Origin: Candidatus Omnitrophota bacterium
GTDB taxonomy: Bacteria > Omnitrophota > Gorgyraeia > Pluralincolimonadales > Pluralincolimonadaceae
NCBI GenBank assembly: GCA_003141835.1
Contig: PLNR01000011.1
Coordinates: 14,049-78,048 of the forward strand
DNA: 64,000 nt
Direction of reading: 5' to 3'
Both the position numbers and the translations under genes were made by a program. Shown here piece by piece: positions 27,819 to 37,185 of the stretch; the first letter of the stretch is position 1, and every line of letters starts with the position of its first letter. Under the pieces are notes generated by a model. The model was not told where the DNA came from, made no database searches, and saw only the letters and a list, made by a program, of their open reading frames with translations.

Positions 27819-28846
27819 TAAATGAGGCCCGCCGTTTCGCCGAATCCCATCATCAAATTCATGTTCTGGACCGCCTGCGACGAGGCGCCTTTCCAAAGAT
27901 TATCAATGGCCGTGACCACTATAACCCGTTTTCCGGCCACCTTGATGCCGATATCGCAAAAATTCGTGCTGTAGACGTGCTTCGTCTCCGGGAAAATGCC
28001 CTCATCCAACACCCTCACGAACGGCGCGTCCTTGTAGAACTGCTTGTAAAGTTGAAGCAGCTCTGCTGCTGAAATCTCTTTCTTCAGCGTGAAATATATC
28101 GTCGAGAGTATCCCCTTGTTCATCGGCACCAGATGCGGGGTGAACGTGACGCCTATCTTCGAGCCCGCCGCAATCGAGAGCTCCTGGTCTATCTCAGGCA
28201 TATGCTGGTGCTGGTTTATCTTATACGCCTTGAAGTTCTCGTTCACTTCCGCGAAATTAAGCGCCAGCGAAGCCGCCCTGCCTGCCCCGGTAACCCCGGA
28301 TTTCGAGTCGACGATTATCTGGTCTGTATCGACGAGGCCTTTGCTCACCAGCGGGGCGCTTCCGAGTATCGAGCCGGTCGGATAGCATCCCGGGTTCGCT
28401 ATGAACTTGGATTTTTCTATCTCTTTCTTATGCAATTCCGGAAGCCCGTATACCGCTTCCTTGAGAAGCGCCACGCTTGTATGTTTAGCTCCGTACCATT
28501 TCTCGTATACCCCGGGATCTTTTAGCCTGTAATCCGCGCTCAGGTCTACGACCTTCTTCCCCGCCTTCAAAAAATCCGGGACGAAGAGCATCGAGATCTT
28601 GTGCGGAAGCGCCAAAAATATCAGGTCTGCCGCCTTCGATATGGCGGGCACGCCTACATTGTCGCAGACGAGCTCCAGCCTGCCCTTGAATACCGGGAAA
28701 ATATCCGATATCTTCTCGGCCTTATCTACCTTGCCGCTCACCGAAGTTATAGTCGCCTCCGGATGGCACAGCAGTATCTTCATCAGTTCGCAGCCGGCAT
28801 AACCAGTCGCGCCAACGACAGCGACATTCAGGTTTTCTTTTGACAT
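27818..28846 (-). CDS. argC: N-acetyl-gamma-glutamyl-phosphate reductase ArgC
   Basis: The ATG at 28846 (MSKENLNVAVVGATGYAGCEL) is preceded by AAAGGGA. The catalytic Cys context is NPGCYPTG. The track start at 28909 is an extension. Confidence 0.9.
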   Translation of the reverse strand: MSKENLNVAVVGATGYAGCELMKILLCHPEATITSVSGKVDKAEKISDIFPVFKGRLELVCDNVGVPAISKAADLIFLALPHKISMLFVPDFLKAGKKVVDLSADYRLKDPGVYEKWYGAKHTSVALLKEAVYGLPELHKKEIEKSKFIANPGCYPTGSILGSAPLVSKGLVDTDQIIVDSKSGVTGAGRAASLALNFAEVNENFKAYKINQHQHMPEIDQELSIAAGSKIGVTFTPHLVPMNKGILSTIYFTLKKEISAAELLQLYKQFYKDAPFVRVLDEGIFPETKHVYSTNFCDIGIKVAGKRVIVVTAIDNLWKGASSQAVQNMNLMMGFGETAGLI

Positions 28847-28864
28847 TTTATTCCCTTTCGTAAT

Positions 28865-28894
28865 TTGATGCTTTCGCACATACTCAAGCATCAA
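28865..28894 (-). promoter_or_regulatory. perfect 9-bp inverted repeat (TTGATGCTT-N12-AAGCATCAA) 20-50 nt upstream of argC, candidate operator or 5'-UTR hairpin
   Basis: Read directly from the sequence. It lies between the rpsI terminator and the argC SD, and does not match the TGAAT-type ARG box. Confidence 0.4.
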
Positions 28895-28946
28895 CCCTGC
28901 GCAAATCACTATATTTAAACTATGTATGAGAGCACGGGTTGATTAT

Positions 28947-28994
28947 AAAATAAAAACGCCTATTCCGTCAAGCTGTTTCCGTCGGAATAGGCGT
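28947..28994 (-). terminator. rho-independent terminator of the rplM-rpsI operon
   Basis: On the minus strand there is a 12-bp perfect stem ACGCCTATTCCG / CGGAATAGGCGT with a 15-nt loop, followed by TTTTTATTTT. It lies 25 nt after the rpsI stop. Confidence 0.8.
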
Positions 28995-29019
28995 AATTTT
29001 GCCTTATATAAATAAGGTA

Positions 29020-29415
29020 CTAACGTTTAGTCCACTGGAAATGGCTGCGGGCTCCTTTTTGTCCGTACTTTTTACGTTCCTTCATGCGCGGATCGCGGGT
29101 CAAGAGACCTTTGCCGCGAAGAACGGAACGGTAAGTAGAATCCGCCTTGAGCAGGGCGCGGGCTATGCCTAAACGCACAGCGCCGGCCTGGCTTGCCACG
29201 CCGCCGCCTGCGACATTCACGAAAATGTCGTATTTTGCCGCGGTCTGCGTAGCTTCAAGCGGCTCTTTAAGGATACCCCTGAGAGTCTCCCTCGGGAAAT
29301 AATCGTCGAGAGTCCTTTTATTGACGACGAACTGGCCTGAGCCGGGTCTCAATATGACCCTGGCCGTCGACTCTTTCCTTCTTCCGGTGCCTAAAAATAA
29401 TGCCTGTGCTTCCAT
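29020..29415 (-). CDS. rpsI: 30S ribosomal protein S9
   Basis: 131 aa. [12 protein letters not shown], and the C-terminal [10 protein letters not shown]...KR. Confidence 0.9.
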   Translation of the reverse strand: MEAQALFLGTGRRKESTARVILRPGSGQFVVNKRTLDDYFPRETLRGILKEPLEATQTAAKYDIFVNVAGGGVASQAGAVRLGIARALLKADSTYRSVLRGKGLLTRDPRMKERKKYGQKGARSHFQWTKR

Positions 29416-29427
29416 CTGTCTCCTGTA

Positions 29428-29847
29428 TTATACCTTTAAGGGTTCGGGTTTCTGGGCAGCCATGTTATGCTCCTTGCCCGCGAATACTTTCAATCTGCCC
29501 AACGCGCTCTTTCCGACCTTGTTCTTCGGCAGCATGCCTTTTACCGCGTGGGTAATGACGTATTCCGGCTTCCTCACCAGCAGGTCCTCCAGCATCTCGG
29601 ATCTCCTGCCGCCGGGATAGCCCGAATACCAGTCATATTCTTTTGCTTTCAATTTATTCCCGGTCACTTTTATCTTGGCGGCGTTCACGACGACCACGCC
29701 GTCACCGGTATTAAAATCCCTGCGGTACGTGGGCTTATTTTTGCCCGAAAGTACGCGCGCGACAGCCACGGCAACCCTTCCCAGGATCTTGCCGTCGGCA
29801 TCGACTATGAACCATTTTTCGGATATTTTTTGTTCCTTTTTCACCAT
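29428..29847 (-). CDS. rplM: 50S ribosomal protein L13
   Basis: 139 aa. KWFIVDADGKILGRVAVAVARVLSGKNKPTY and AVKGMLPKNK. Confidence 0.9.
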   Translation of the reverse strand: MVKKEQKISEKWFIVDADGKILGRVAVAVARVLSGKNKPTYRRDFNTGDGVVVVNAAKIKVTGNKLKAKEYDWYSGYPGGRRSEMLEDLLVRKPEYVITHAVKGMLPKNKVGKSALGRLKVFAGKEHNMAAQKPEPLKV

Positions 29848-29887
29848 TTTAGGCCTTCCTCAGATAGGTTAACATCAAGAAGTAAGA

Positions 29888-29915
29888 ATTATAACATAAT
29901 ACGAGGGAATGTCAA
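29888..29915 (-). promoter_or_regulatory. consensus sigma70 promoter of rplM-rpsI (TTGACA-16-TATAAT)
   Basis: The minus strand reads cccTTGACAttccctcgtattatgtTATAATtct. A 40-nt leader follows, with AGGAAGG 6 nt before the rplM ATG. Confidence 0.7.
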
Positions 29916-29957
29916 GGGAAAATTAGTCTAATCCGCCCTACCTGGCCTTGCCAGCCA

Positions 29958-30692
29958 TCAGTATTTGACCTCCATCAGGCATAACCCCTTTGCCGGGGCC
30001 GTTTCGCCTGCAAACTTCCTGTCCCTTGCCTTAAGTGTACGGGCCATGCTCCCGGCCGGCTTCCTGCCGCGGCCGATATCTACCAATGTCCCGGCAATAT
30101 TCCTTACCATATTATACAAAAATCCGTCCGCCTCGACATCAATAATTATCGCCCCACCCTTCTTCTTTATATCAAGCTTCTTTATCGTGCGGATGGAGGA
30201 GCGTTCGATCCTGTCCGCGGCCTGGAAAGACTTGAAGTCGTGCTTTCCTACTAATGCCTTCGCCTCTTTCTTCATCAGCGCGACATTAAGCTTATAGGGA
30301 AGGTATACGGTGAAATTCCCGGATATCGCGGAACGGGACGAGCCGTTCATTATCGTGTAACGGTAGAGTTTTGACCTCGCGTCGAACCTGGAATTGAACT
30401 TAGGCGGGACTTCCTTAACTTCCTTAATCGCTATATCCTTCGGCAGGACACTGTTGAGCGCCCTCTGCAGTTTGAACGGCGGGATCTTCGACTCCGTCTT
30501 GAAATTCGCGAAGAGGCTTAACGCGTGTACGCCGGCGTCGGTCCTGCCGCAAGAAATAAGCCGCGCTCCACGGCCCGTTATCCGTTTAAGCGCGGCTTCT
30601 ATAGTATCCTGTATGCTTTTGGCGTTCTTCTGCGACTGCCAACCGGCGTAATCCGTGCCGTCGTATTCTATTTTAAGTAGGATATTACGCAT
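29958..30692 (-). CDS. truA: tRNA pseudouridine(38-40) synthase TruA
   Basis: 244 aa. LKIEYDGTDYAGWQ, and the catalytic Asp in GRTDAGVHA. Confidence 0.9.
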   Translation of the reverse strand: MRNILLKIEYDGTDYAGWQSQKNAKSIQDTIEAALKRITGRGARLISCGRTDAGVHALSLFANFKTESKIPPFKLQRALNSVLPKDIAIKEVKEVPPKFNSRFDARSKLYRYTIMNGSSRSAISGNFTVYLPYKLNVALMKKEAKALVGKHDFKSFQAADRIERSSIRTIKKLDIKKKGGAIIIDVEADGFLYNMVRNIAGTLVDIGRGRKPAGSMARTLKARDRKFAGETAPAKGLCLMEVKY

Positions 30693-31699
30693 TCGGCTAT
30701 CTGGACGGCATTAGTTGCCGCGCCCTTGCGCAGGTTATCCGCTACGACCCACAGCCACAACCCGTTCTTCACAAAACAATCGGAGCGGATGCGACCGACG
30801 AAGGTCTCATCCCTTCCCTCAGCGTCCTTGGGCATGGGATAAAGGCCTTTCTTCGGGTCATCCTCGACTATTATTCCGGGTGACTTTGCGAGAAGCGCCC
30901 TGACTTTGTCCGGGCTTATCGGTTTTCCGGTCTCTATATACACGGACTCGGAATGGCCGGTCCTGACCGGCACCCTTACGGTGGTCGCTGAGATCTTTAT
31001 CTTGTCCGCGTGCATTATCTTGCGGGTCTCGTGGACCAGCTTCCACTCCTCGTTGGTATAATCACATTCAGTAAAACTGCCGATGTGCGGAAAGACATTA
31101 TAAGCCAGCTGCTGCGGCATCGAGCGCTCGACGTCTACATTGATATTCTCATATCTGCTCGCGTGGATCGCAGCCGCCTCGGCCTTGAGCTGTTCGACCG
31201 CGCTCTTGCCTGCGCCTGACGACGCCTGCAGAGTAGTGACGATTATCCTCTTTATCCCGACCTTCTTGTGGATAGGGTAAAGCGCTACGACCATCTGTAT
31301 GGTCGAGCAGTTCGGGTTAGCGATTATCCCCTTATGTTTCTTGACATCGGCACAGTTCACTTCGGGGACGACAAGCGGGACTTTCGGGTCCATGCGGAAA
31401 TCGGCGCCGTTATCAATGACGACGCATCCCCTCTTTACCGCCTCCGGCGCGTAAGTCACGGCTGCGCCCTTTTCACCTTCAGTGCCGGCGAAGAGCGCTA
31501 TATCCATCCCATCAAAAGCCTCGGGAGATATCGCCTGCACGGAATATTTATCTCCATCAACAGTTATCTCCCTGGCGCTCCGCGCCAAGACCCGCAGGTC
31601 TCCTACCGGGAAATTCCGCTGGCGCAACACGCGCAGCATCTCTATCCCGACAACGCCGACTCCGACGACTACTACGTTATATCTGCTTTTTCTTTTCAT
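30668..31699 (-). CDS. asd: aspartate-semialdehyde dehydrogenase Asd
   Basis: 343 aa. VVGVGVVG NAD-binding fold and the active-site NPNCSTI. Confidence 0.9.
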   Translation of the reverse strand: MKRKSRYNVVVVGVGVVGIEMLRVLRQRNFPVGDLRVLARSAREITVDGDKYSVQAISPEAFDGMDIALFAGTEGEKGAAVTYAPEAVKRGCVVIDNGADFRMDPKVPLVVPEVNCADVKKHKGIIANPNCSTIQMVVALYPIHKKVGIKRIIVTTLQASSGAGKSAVEQLKAEAAAIHASRYENINVDVERSMPQQLAYNVFPHIGSFTECDYTNEEWKLVHETRKIMHADKIKISATTVRVPVRTGHSESVYIETGKPISPDKVRALLAKSPGIIVEDDPKKGLYPMPKDAEGRDETFVGRIRSDCFVKNGLWLWVVADNLRKGAATNAVQIAECVISYLK

Positions 31700-31709
31700 T
31701 TCTCCACCT

Positions 31710-33134
31710 TTATAATATCAGTGCTCTCGCTTCATCTTTTTTTTCAGAAGGGACATAGATCCTGTACTGGTCGATGGCTGTCCTTATCGGCATGCCCCAT
31801 GTATACCTCAAAGGCTCGACCAGGGCCTTTATTTGCCTGCTCTTCAAAAATTCGCTTTTTATTGTCGCCTCTATCTCGTCAAAGGCGATGTAGCAGATGC
31901 CCCACTCCTTGATCCCGGATTCTTTCTTCATCTTAAAGAATCTTGCTTGCTGGATAAGGTCAGAAAATACCCCAACGCTGACTAATATGAATGAAGCGCT
32001 GTAGAGCCCGTGGGACTGAAAAGGTACCTGGTATCTCGACCTTATTATCTCCGGAATAATCTCCATCACAATAAGTATCGCCGACGTGACCAGCAGTACC
32101 CTTGACATATTAGCATCTAAATAACCTTCTGGGTCATTTTGGGCATCCGTAAAAGAATAACCGTGCCTGTCTAAAAGCGACCGAACATGTTTCGAATCAA
32201 AAACCAAATATATATACGAAAGGGTGAAGACGAAAATCAGGAGTATAGTCAATATAAGGTTGTATTTCCAGATAAAGTTAACATGCAATATCGGAGAAAA
32301 CGAAAACAATAAATAGGTCAATCCGATAATGGCAGAAGCACACGCCACGGGAGCAGTCCCCAGATAAGACGCCTTTAATTCTATAACCGCGCTATTTGGG
32401 CCGTTTATGTTCAGGATCCTGCCCCTCCTTGTAACATAATAAATACCCCACGCCAGTACAGCCCAAAAAGTTATTAGAAGAATGAAATCCCCGAGACAGA
32501 TCGACCTGTTAATCTGGTCGTAAGCGCTTTCGATCCCTGCGACTATCCTGAATATAAATGATGACACGATGATCATCACGACCCCGTTCCCTATGCCGTA
32601 TCGGGTAATCAAACCGGCTATATATATCAAGAAAAACACGGCCGCAGTCATTGAAAAAACGATGACCAGCTTAAAGATCAAGCCGTGAATAACAACTATA
32701 TTATTGCCTCCGGGAACATTTAAGCGTTCCAGCCACGAGATCGTATAATAAGACTGTAATATGGAAATCGCTATAGTGACCGCATAGGTCAATTTTAAAA
32801 CCGCATCCCGGCCCCTTTCCCCTCCGAATGAAAAACGCCTCAACGGGGGGATGATAAGAGATGCTATCTGCAACAATATGCATGCGGAAATAAAAGGCAT
32901 CAGGCCTAAACTGAATATTGTAAAATTTGAAAAGGGACCGCCAAGCAAGCCGTAACGGGGAGTCCCCGTTGATGTCATTGCGCTCTTGATAAATTCGTAA
33001 AAAGCTCCCGAATCGACTCCGGGAAGGGGAATCAAGTACAATAACCTGACTACGATAAGCATTCCGACAGTAAACAAAAGCCTTCTTAAGGCATCCTTAT
33101 CCTTAAACATCCAAGCTATGGTATCTTTTACCAA
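31710..33134 (-). CDS. SecY-family protein-translocase subunit homologue with C-terminal DUF2007-like extension (AT-rich gene)
   Basis: Residues 1-410 align block-by-block with SecY: DALRRLLFTVGMLIVVRLLYLIPLPGVD, GLLGGPFSNFTIFSLGLMPFISACILLQIASLIIP, ITRYGIGNGVVMIIVSSF and the C-terminal IIPEIIRSRYQVPF. The last ~65 aa, ICYIAFDEIEATIKSEFLKSRQIKALVE...YRIYVPSEKKDEARALIL, fit the DUF2007 pattern. GC is about 40-45%. It lies between asd and leuB, not in a ribosomal-protein operon. Confidence 0.7.
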   Translation of the reverse strand: MVKDTIAWMFKDKDALRRLLFTVGMLIVVRLLYLIPLPGVDSGAFYEFIKSAMTSTGTPRYGLLGGPFSNFTIFSLGLMPFISACILLQIASLIIPPLRRFSFGGERGRDAVLKLTYAVTIAISILQSYYTISWLERLNVPGGNNIVVIHGLIFKLVIVFSMTAAVFFLIYIAGLITRYGIGNGVVMIIVSSFIFRIVAGIESAYDQINRSICLGDFILLITFWAVLAWGIYYVTRRGRILNINGPNSAVIELKASYLGTAPVACASAIIGLTYLLFSFSPILHVNFIWKYNLILTILLIFVFTLSYIYLVFDSKHVRSLLDRHGYSFTDAQNDPEGYLDANMSRVLLVTSAILIVMEIIPEIIRSRYQVPFQSHGLYSASFILVSVGVFSDLIQQARFFKMKKESGIKEWGICYIAFDEIEATIKSEFLKSRQIKALVEPLRYTWGMPIRTAIDQYRIYVPSEKKDEARALIL

Positions 33135-33143
33135 GGACTTTTC

Positions 33144-34199
33144 CTATAGGTTCTCTACTACCATATCGCCGACCTCGCTCGTCGAATAACCCATCTTACC
33201 GGCCGCAAGCGATTTCAATTTCGTGTTCACGACTTTGATGACCGCGTCCTCTATCGCCTTCCCGGCTTTATCTTCACCGAGGTTCTCGAGCATCATCCCG
33301 CCGGCGCAGATAGCCGCTAACGGATTGATTATATTCTGGCCCGTGTATTTCGGGGCTGAGCCGCCTATAGGCTCGAACATCGATACGCCCTTCGGGTTGA
33401 TGTTGCCGCCCGCGGCGATGCCCATACCGCCCTGTATCATCGCGCCGAGGTCGGTTATGATATCGCCGAAGAGGTTGTCTGTCACGATGACGTCGAACCA
33501 TTCCGGGTTCTTGACGAACCACATCGTGGTCGCGTCGACATGCGCGTAATCGGTCTTGATCCCCGGATACTCTTTCGCAACCTCGTTGAACGTCCTCTGC
33601 CACAAATCCCAGGCGTAAGTCAGGACGTTCGTCTTGCCGCAGAGAGTGAGCTTGTTTTTCTTGTTGCGCTTTTTGCATAATTCGAAAGCGTACCTTATGC
33701 AGCGCTCAACACCCTTGCGGGTGTTATAAGAGATCTGTATAGCGACCTCTTCGTCGGTACCCTTCTTCTGGAACTCGCCCATGCCCTTGTAAAGTCCTTC
33801 CGAGTTCTCGCGCACGACGACAAAATCAATGTCCTCGGGCTTCTTGTCCTTGAGCGGGCAGTATGCCGAGTTATAGAGCTTGACCGGCCGGAGGTTTATA
33901 TACTGGTCGAGCGTGAAACGCAAATTAAGAAGGACCTGCTTTTCGAGGATGCCGGGCTTTACGTCCGGATGCCCGACAGCGCCGAGGTAAATGGCGTTAT
34001 ATTTTTTGAGCTCCTCGATATCCTTTTCATCTACGGTCTTTCCCGTCCTTAAGTAGCGCTCGCCGCTGAAATCGAATATCTTCGACTCATATTTGAATCC
34101 AAACTTATTGCTTGCGGCTTTTAAGACCTTAAGCCCTTCGTTTATTACTTCCGGCCCTGTCCCATCGCCGGGTATGACAGCGATCCTGTAATTACCCAT
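33144..34199 (-). CDS. leuB: 3-isopropylmalate dehydrogenase family (LeuB; beta-decarboxylating dehydrogenase)
   Basis: 351 aa. IAVIPGDGTGPEV and NLFGDIITDLGAMIQGGMGIAAGGNINP, adjacent to leuD/leuC. Specificity for isopropylmalate over homoisocitrate or tartrate cannot be read from the sequence. Confidence 0.75.
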   Translation of the reverse strand: MGNYRIAVIPGDGTGPEVINEGLKVLKAASNKFGFKYESKIFDFSGERYLRTGKTVDEKDIEELKKYNAIYLGAVGHPDVKPGILEKQVLLNLRFTLDQYINLRPVKLYNSAYCPLKDKKPEDIDFVVVRENSEGLYKGMGEFQKKGTDEEVAIQISYNTRKGVERCIRYAFELCKKRNKKNKLTLCGKTNVLTYAWDLWQRTFNEVAKEYPGIKTDYAHVDATTMWFVKNPEWFDVIVTDNLFGDIITDLGAMIQGGMGIAAGGNINPKGVSMFEPIGGSAPKYTGQNIINPLAAICAGGMMLENLGEDKAGKAIEDAVIKVVNTKLKSLAAGKMGYSTSEVGDMVVENL

Positions 34200-34683
34200 T
34201 TTTCTTGACCACCCATTTCATGAGCCCGCCCGCCTCGATAAGCTCCTGCATGAACGCGGGCATCGGCTTTGCCTGGTACTTCTTGTTTTTTGTGAGGTTC
34301 CTGATCAACCCTGTCGAGGCATCGACTTCCACTTCGTCGCCTTCTTCTATAGATTTTGCGGCCTCCGGGCACTCGAATATCGGGAGGCCGATGTTTATGC
34401 TGTTCCTGTAGAATATCCTCGCGAAGCTCTCCGCGATGACGCAAGAGATGCCGCAGCCTTTTACAGCAAGAGGCGCGTGCTCGCGGCTCGAGCCGCAGCC
34501 GAAGTTCTTGCCGCCCACGATAATATCACCCGCGGCGATCTTCTTTGAGAAGCCCGGGGTTATGCCGTCCATGCAATTCTCCCCGAGCACTTTCGGGTCT
34601 ACCGAGACAAGGTACTTCGCCGGGATTATCTCATCCGTGTTTATGTCGTTGCCGAATTTCCAGGTCTTGCCTTTGAGTATCAT
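34192..34683 (-). CDS. leuD: 3-isopropylmalate dehydratase small subunit LeuD (archaeal/HACN type)
   Basis: The ATG at 34683 ([25 protein letters not shown]) is preceded by GGAGGA and ATGA-coupled to leuC. The track start at 34887 is an extension. Confidence 0.85.
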   Translation of the reverse strand: MILKGKTWKFGNDINTDEIIPAKYLVSVDPKVLGENCMDGITPGFSKKIAAGDIIVGGKNFGCGSSREHAPLAVKGCGISCVIAESFARIFYRNSINIGLPIFECPEAAKSIEEGDEVEVDASTGLIRNLTKNKKYQAKPMPAFMQELIEAGGLMKWVVKKNG

Positions 34684-35951
34684 ATTACTTCCTCCGGATG
34701 CGCTATCCTTCCCTTGATGGCAGACGCTGCCGCCACAGCCGGGTTCGAGAGATAGACCTCGGACTTCAAGTGCCCCATCCGGCCGGTGAAATTCCTGTTC
34801 GTCGTCGCGATAGAGCGCTCGCCGGCGGCCAATATACCCATATGCCCGCCTAAACACGGCCCGCACGTGGGAGTGGAAACCGCGCATCCCGATCTGACGA
34901 AAATCTCGAGCAATCCCTCGTCCATCGCCTGTAAATATACCGCCTGCGTGGCCGGGAAGATTATGCAGCGCACGTCCTTATGGACCTTCTTCCCCTTCAA
35001 GACCTTCGCTGCCATCCTAAGATCGCTGATCCGGCCGTTAGTGCACGAGCCGATGACCGACTGGTCGATCTTCACGTTCTTGACCTGGCTTACAGGCTTC
35101 GCGTTGGACGGCAAAGGCGGCAAGGATACCATCGGCTCGAGTTTCGAGACGTCGTATTCCTTTACCTCGCAATATTGCGCGTCCTTGTCGCTCTTGTATA
35201 TCTTCCATTTCTTCTTGGATTTCTTGGTCGTTTCCTTTACATATTTCAATGTAATCTCATCGGCCGCGATTATGCCGTTCTTGCCACCTGCCTCGATGGC
35301 CATGTTGCACATCGCGAAGCGGTCGTCCATCGGGAGGCTCTCGATCGCGCCGCCAGTAAACTCCATCGCCTTATACAAAGCGCCGTCTACGCCGATATCG
35401 CCTATCGTATAGAGTATGAGGTCCTTGCCTCCGACCCATTTATTGAGCTTCCCCGAATAAATAAACTTTATCGATTCGGGGACTTTAAACCAGATCCTGC
35501 CCCTTATGAACACCGCGGCGAGGTCTGTCGAGCCCACGCCTGTCGAGAACGCGCCGACGGCGCCGTACGTGCAGGTATGCGAATCCGCGCCGATTATGAG
35601 GTCACCGGGCATAGTCAAGCCCTCTTCCGGGAGGAGCGCATGCTCGATGCCCATGCACCCGATCTCATAATAATACTTGATGCTGTGTTTCTTCGCGAAC
35701 TCCCTTAATACCTTGAGCTGCTCTGCGGACTTGATATCCTTCGCCGGAGAAAAGTGATCAGGGACAAGGGCTATCTTCTTGTTATCGAAGACCTTGCCCA
35801 CGCCGGCCTTCTCGAACTCCGATATCGCTATAGGCGCGGTAATGTCGTTGCCGAGACAGAGGTCGACCTTGCAATCGATCAGATCGCCGGGCGAGATAGA
35901 CTTCCTGTCCGTGTGCGCCATCAATATTTTTTCAGTTATCGTATATCCCAT
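34680..35951 (-). CDS. leuC: 3-isopropylmalate dehydratase large subunit LeuC (archaeal/HACN type, 423 aa)
   Basis: [13 protein letters not shown], and aconitase-family Cys ligands in GSCTNGR and TCGPCLG. The short ~420-aa form is characteristic of the archaeal/Thermotoga-type LeuC/homoaconitase. Confidence 0.85.
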   Translation of the reverse strand: MGYTITEKILMAHTDRKSISPGDLIDCKVDLCLGNDITAPIAISEFEKAGVGKVFDNKKIALVPDHFSPAKDIKSAEQLKVLREFAKKHSIKYYYEIGCMGIEHALLPEEGLTMPGDLIIGADSHTCTYGAVGAFSTGVGSTDLAAVFIRGRIWFKVPESIKFIYSGKLNKWVGGKDLILYTIGDIGVDGALYKAMEFTGGAIESLPMDDRFAMCNMAIEAGGKNGIIAADEITLKYVKETTKKSKKKWKIYKSDKDAQYCEVKEYDVSKLEPMVSLPPLPSNAKPVSQVKNVKIDQSVIGSCTNGRISDLRMAAKVLKGKKVHKDVRCIIFPATQAVYLQAMDEGLLEIFVRSGCAVSTPTCGPCLGGHMGILAAGERSIATTNRNFTGRMGHLKSEVYLSNPAVAAASAIKGRIAHPEEVI

Positions 35952-36401
35952 TTATAACTCCTTGATATATGCTATTTCATCGCACTTCGCGAACTTCGCG
36001 CAGATACTGCAATCTGTCCATATCTTCTGGGGCAGTTTTTTCTTCTCTGTCGGGATGAACCCGAATTTCTTGAAGAAATCCGATTTCTGCGTCAGGACGA
36101 AGACGCTCTTTATTCCCATATCCTGCGCCTCTTTCAGGCATCCCTTCACAAGCCCGGTCCCGACACCCGATTTCACGTGGTCGGCATCGACAGCCAAAGA
36201 CCTTATCTCAGCCAGCTTGTTAGAGAAGATATGGAGCGCCGCGCAGCCGATCAGTGCATTGCCCTTCTCGTATACCCAGAAATCCCTTAAGCTCTCCGCG
36301 ATCTCGTGCTCGGCGCGGGGAAGCATCATATTCTTGCCGGCGTAATGATCTATAAGCTCGTGTATCCGCCCTGTATCCTTTGCCTGCGCTTTTCTTACCA
36401 T
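35952..36401 (-). CDS. GNAT family N-acetyltransferase (possible short-form N-acetylglutamate synthase)
   Basis: 149 aa. The acetyl-CoA binding motif is RSLAVDADHVKSGVGTGLV, and the C-terminal Cys cluster is WTDCSICAKFAKCDE. Confidence 0.55.
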   Translation of the reverse strand: MVRKAQAKDTGRIHELIDHYAGKNMMLPRAEHEIAESLRDFWVYEKGNALIGCAALHIFSNKLAEIRSLAVDADHVKSGVGTGLVKGCLKEAQDMGIKSVFVLTQKSDFFKKFGFIPTEKKKLPQKIWTDCSICAKFAKCDEIAYIKEL

Positions 36402-36405
36402 ATTA

Positions 36406-37185
36406 TTATATTCTTCCTTCAGTCGGGCTCGAAGGAGAAGCGTATTGCTTGATCGCTATCCTTCCCGACAAATACGCCAATCTTCCTGCCTCGGATGCTA
36501 ATCTCATCGCGCGTGCCATGCCAACCGGGTCTTTGGCGCCGGCAATGCCGGTATTCATAAGCACGCCGTCGACCCCCAATTCCATCGCTACCGCCACATC
36601 CGAAGCCGTGCCGACGCCCGCATCGACAATGACCGGCACTTTGACCGCTTCCAGGATAAATCTTATGTTAATGGGATTTAATATCCCCATACCCGAACCG
36701 ATCGGAGAAGCCAGAGGCATGACGCACGCCGCTCCCGCGTCCGCGAGCTTCTTCGCCATGATCGGGTCGTCGTTCGTGTACGGCATGACGACGAACCCTT
36801 CTTTGACGAGGACTTTGGTCGCCGCGAGCAGCGCTTCAGTGTCCGGGAAGAGCGTCTTTTCATCGCCTATGACCTCAAGTTTCACCAACTCGGACAGGCC
36901 CATCCCGCGCGCGATGCGCGCTATCCTTATTGCGTCTTCCGCAGTGTAGCAGCCTGCCGTGTTAGGCAATATAGTATATTTATTTCTGTCGATATGGTCA
37001 AGTAGAGATTCTTTCTTCGCGCCGGCATCGCCCAGGTCGAGCCGCCTTATTGCGACGGTGACTATCTCGGCTTCCGAGGCCTCGAGCGCTTTTTTCATTA
37101 TGTCGAAATTGGCGTACTTTCCGGTGCCGACGAGCAGCCGCGACTTGAACTCCCTATTCCCTATCTTTAACGCCTTATCTTCCAT
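36406..37185 (-). CDS. thiG: thiazole synthase ThiG
   Basis: 259 aa. [15 protein letters not shown] and KLEVIGD are ThiG TIM-barrel motifs. Confidence 0.9.
   Translation of the reverse strand: MEDKALKIGNREFKSRLLVGTGKYANFDIMKKALEASEAEIVTVAIRRLDLGDAGAKKESLLDHIDRNKYTILPNTAGCYTAEDAIRIARIARGMGLSELVKLEVIGDEKTLFPDTEALLAATKVLVKEGFVVMPYTNDDPIMAKKLADAGAACVMPLASPIGSGMGILNPINIRFILEAVKVPVIVDAGVGTASDVAVAMELGVDGVLMNTGIAGAKDPVGMARAMRLASEAGRLAYLSGRIAIKQYASPSSPTEGRI

Noticed and set aside
27818-28909. N-terminal extensions in the ORF track (argC 28909, argJ 27896, leuD 34887, fmt 52972, nadX 12432, TPR 53427, HEAT 19097, cutA 3761)
   Set aside because: The track takes the longest ATG/GTG/TTG-initiated frame. 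In each case an internal ATG or TTG with a good SD and a family-typical N-terminus gives a shorter gene. The shorter gene either abuts the upstream gene (argJ, leuD, fmt, nadX, cutA, HEAT; coupled overlaps of 1-2 nt or gaps of 4-14 nt) or, for argC and the plus-strand TPR gene, starts behind the predicted promoter/operator elements.
28847-29019. ARG box (ArgR operator) upstream of argC
   Set aside because: The inverted repeat found (TTGATGCTT...AAGCATCAA) lacks the TGAAT/ATTCA half-sites of known ARG boxes. It is reported only as a generic candidate operator or hairpin.
17766-33134. Genomic island or mobile element explaining the two AT-rich genes (HEAT protein, SecY-like)
   Set aside because: There is no integrase, transposase, flanking direct repeat or tRNA at either site. 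The two genes are 12 kb apart, each sitting singly inside intact core operons. The observation is kept as a compositional anomaly only.
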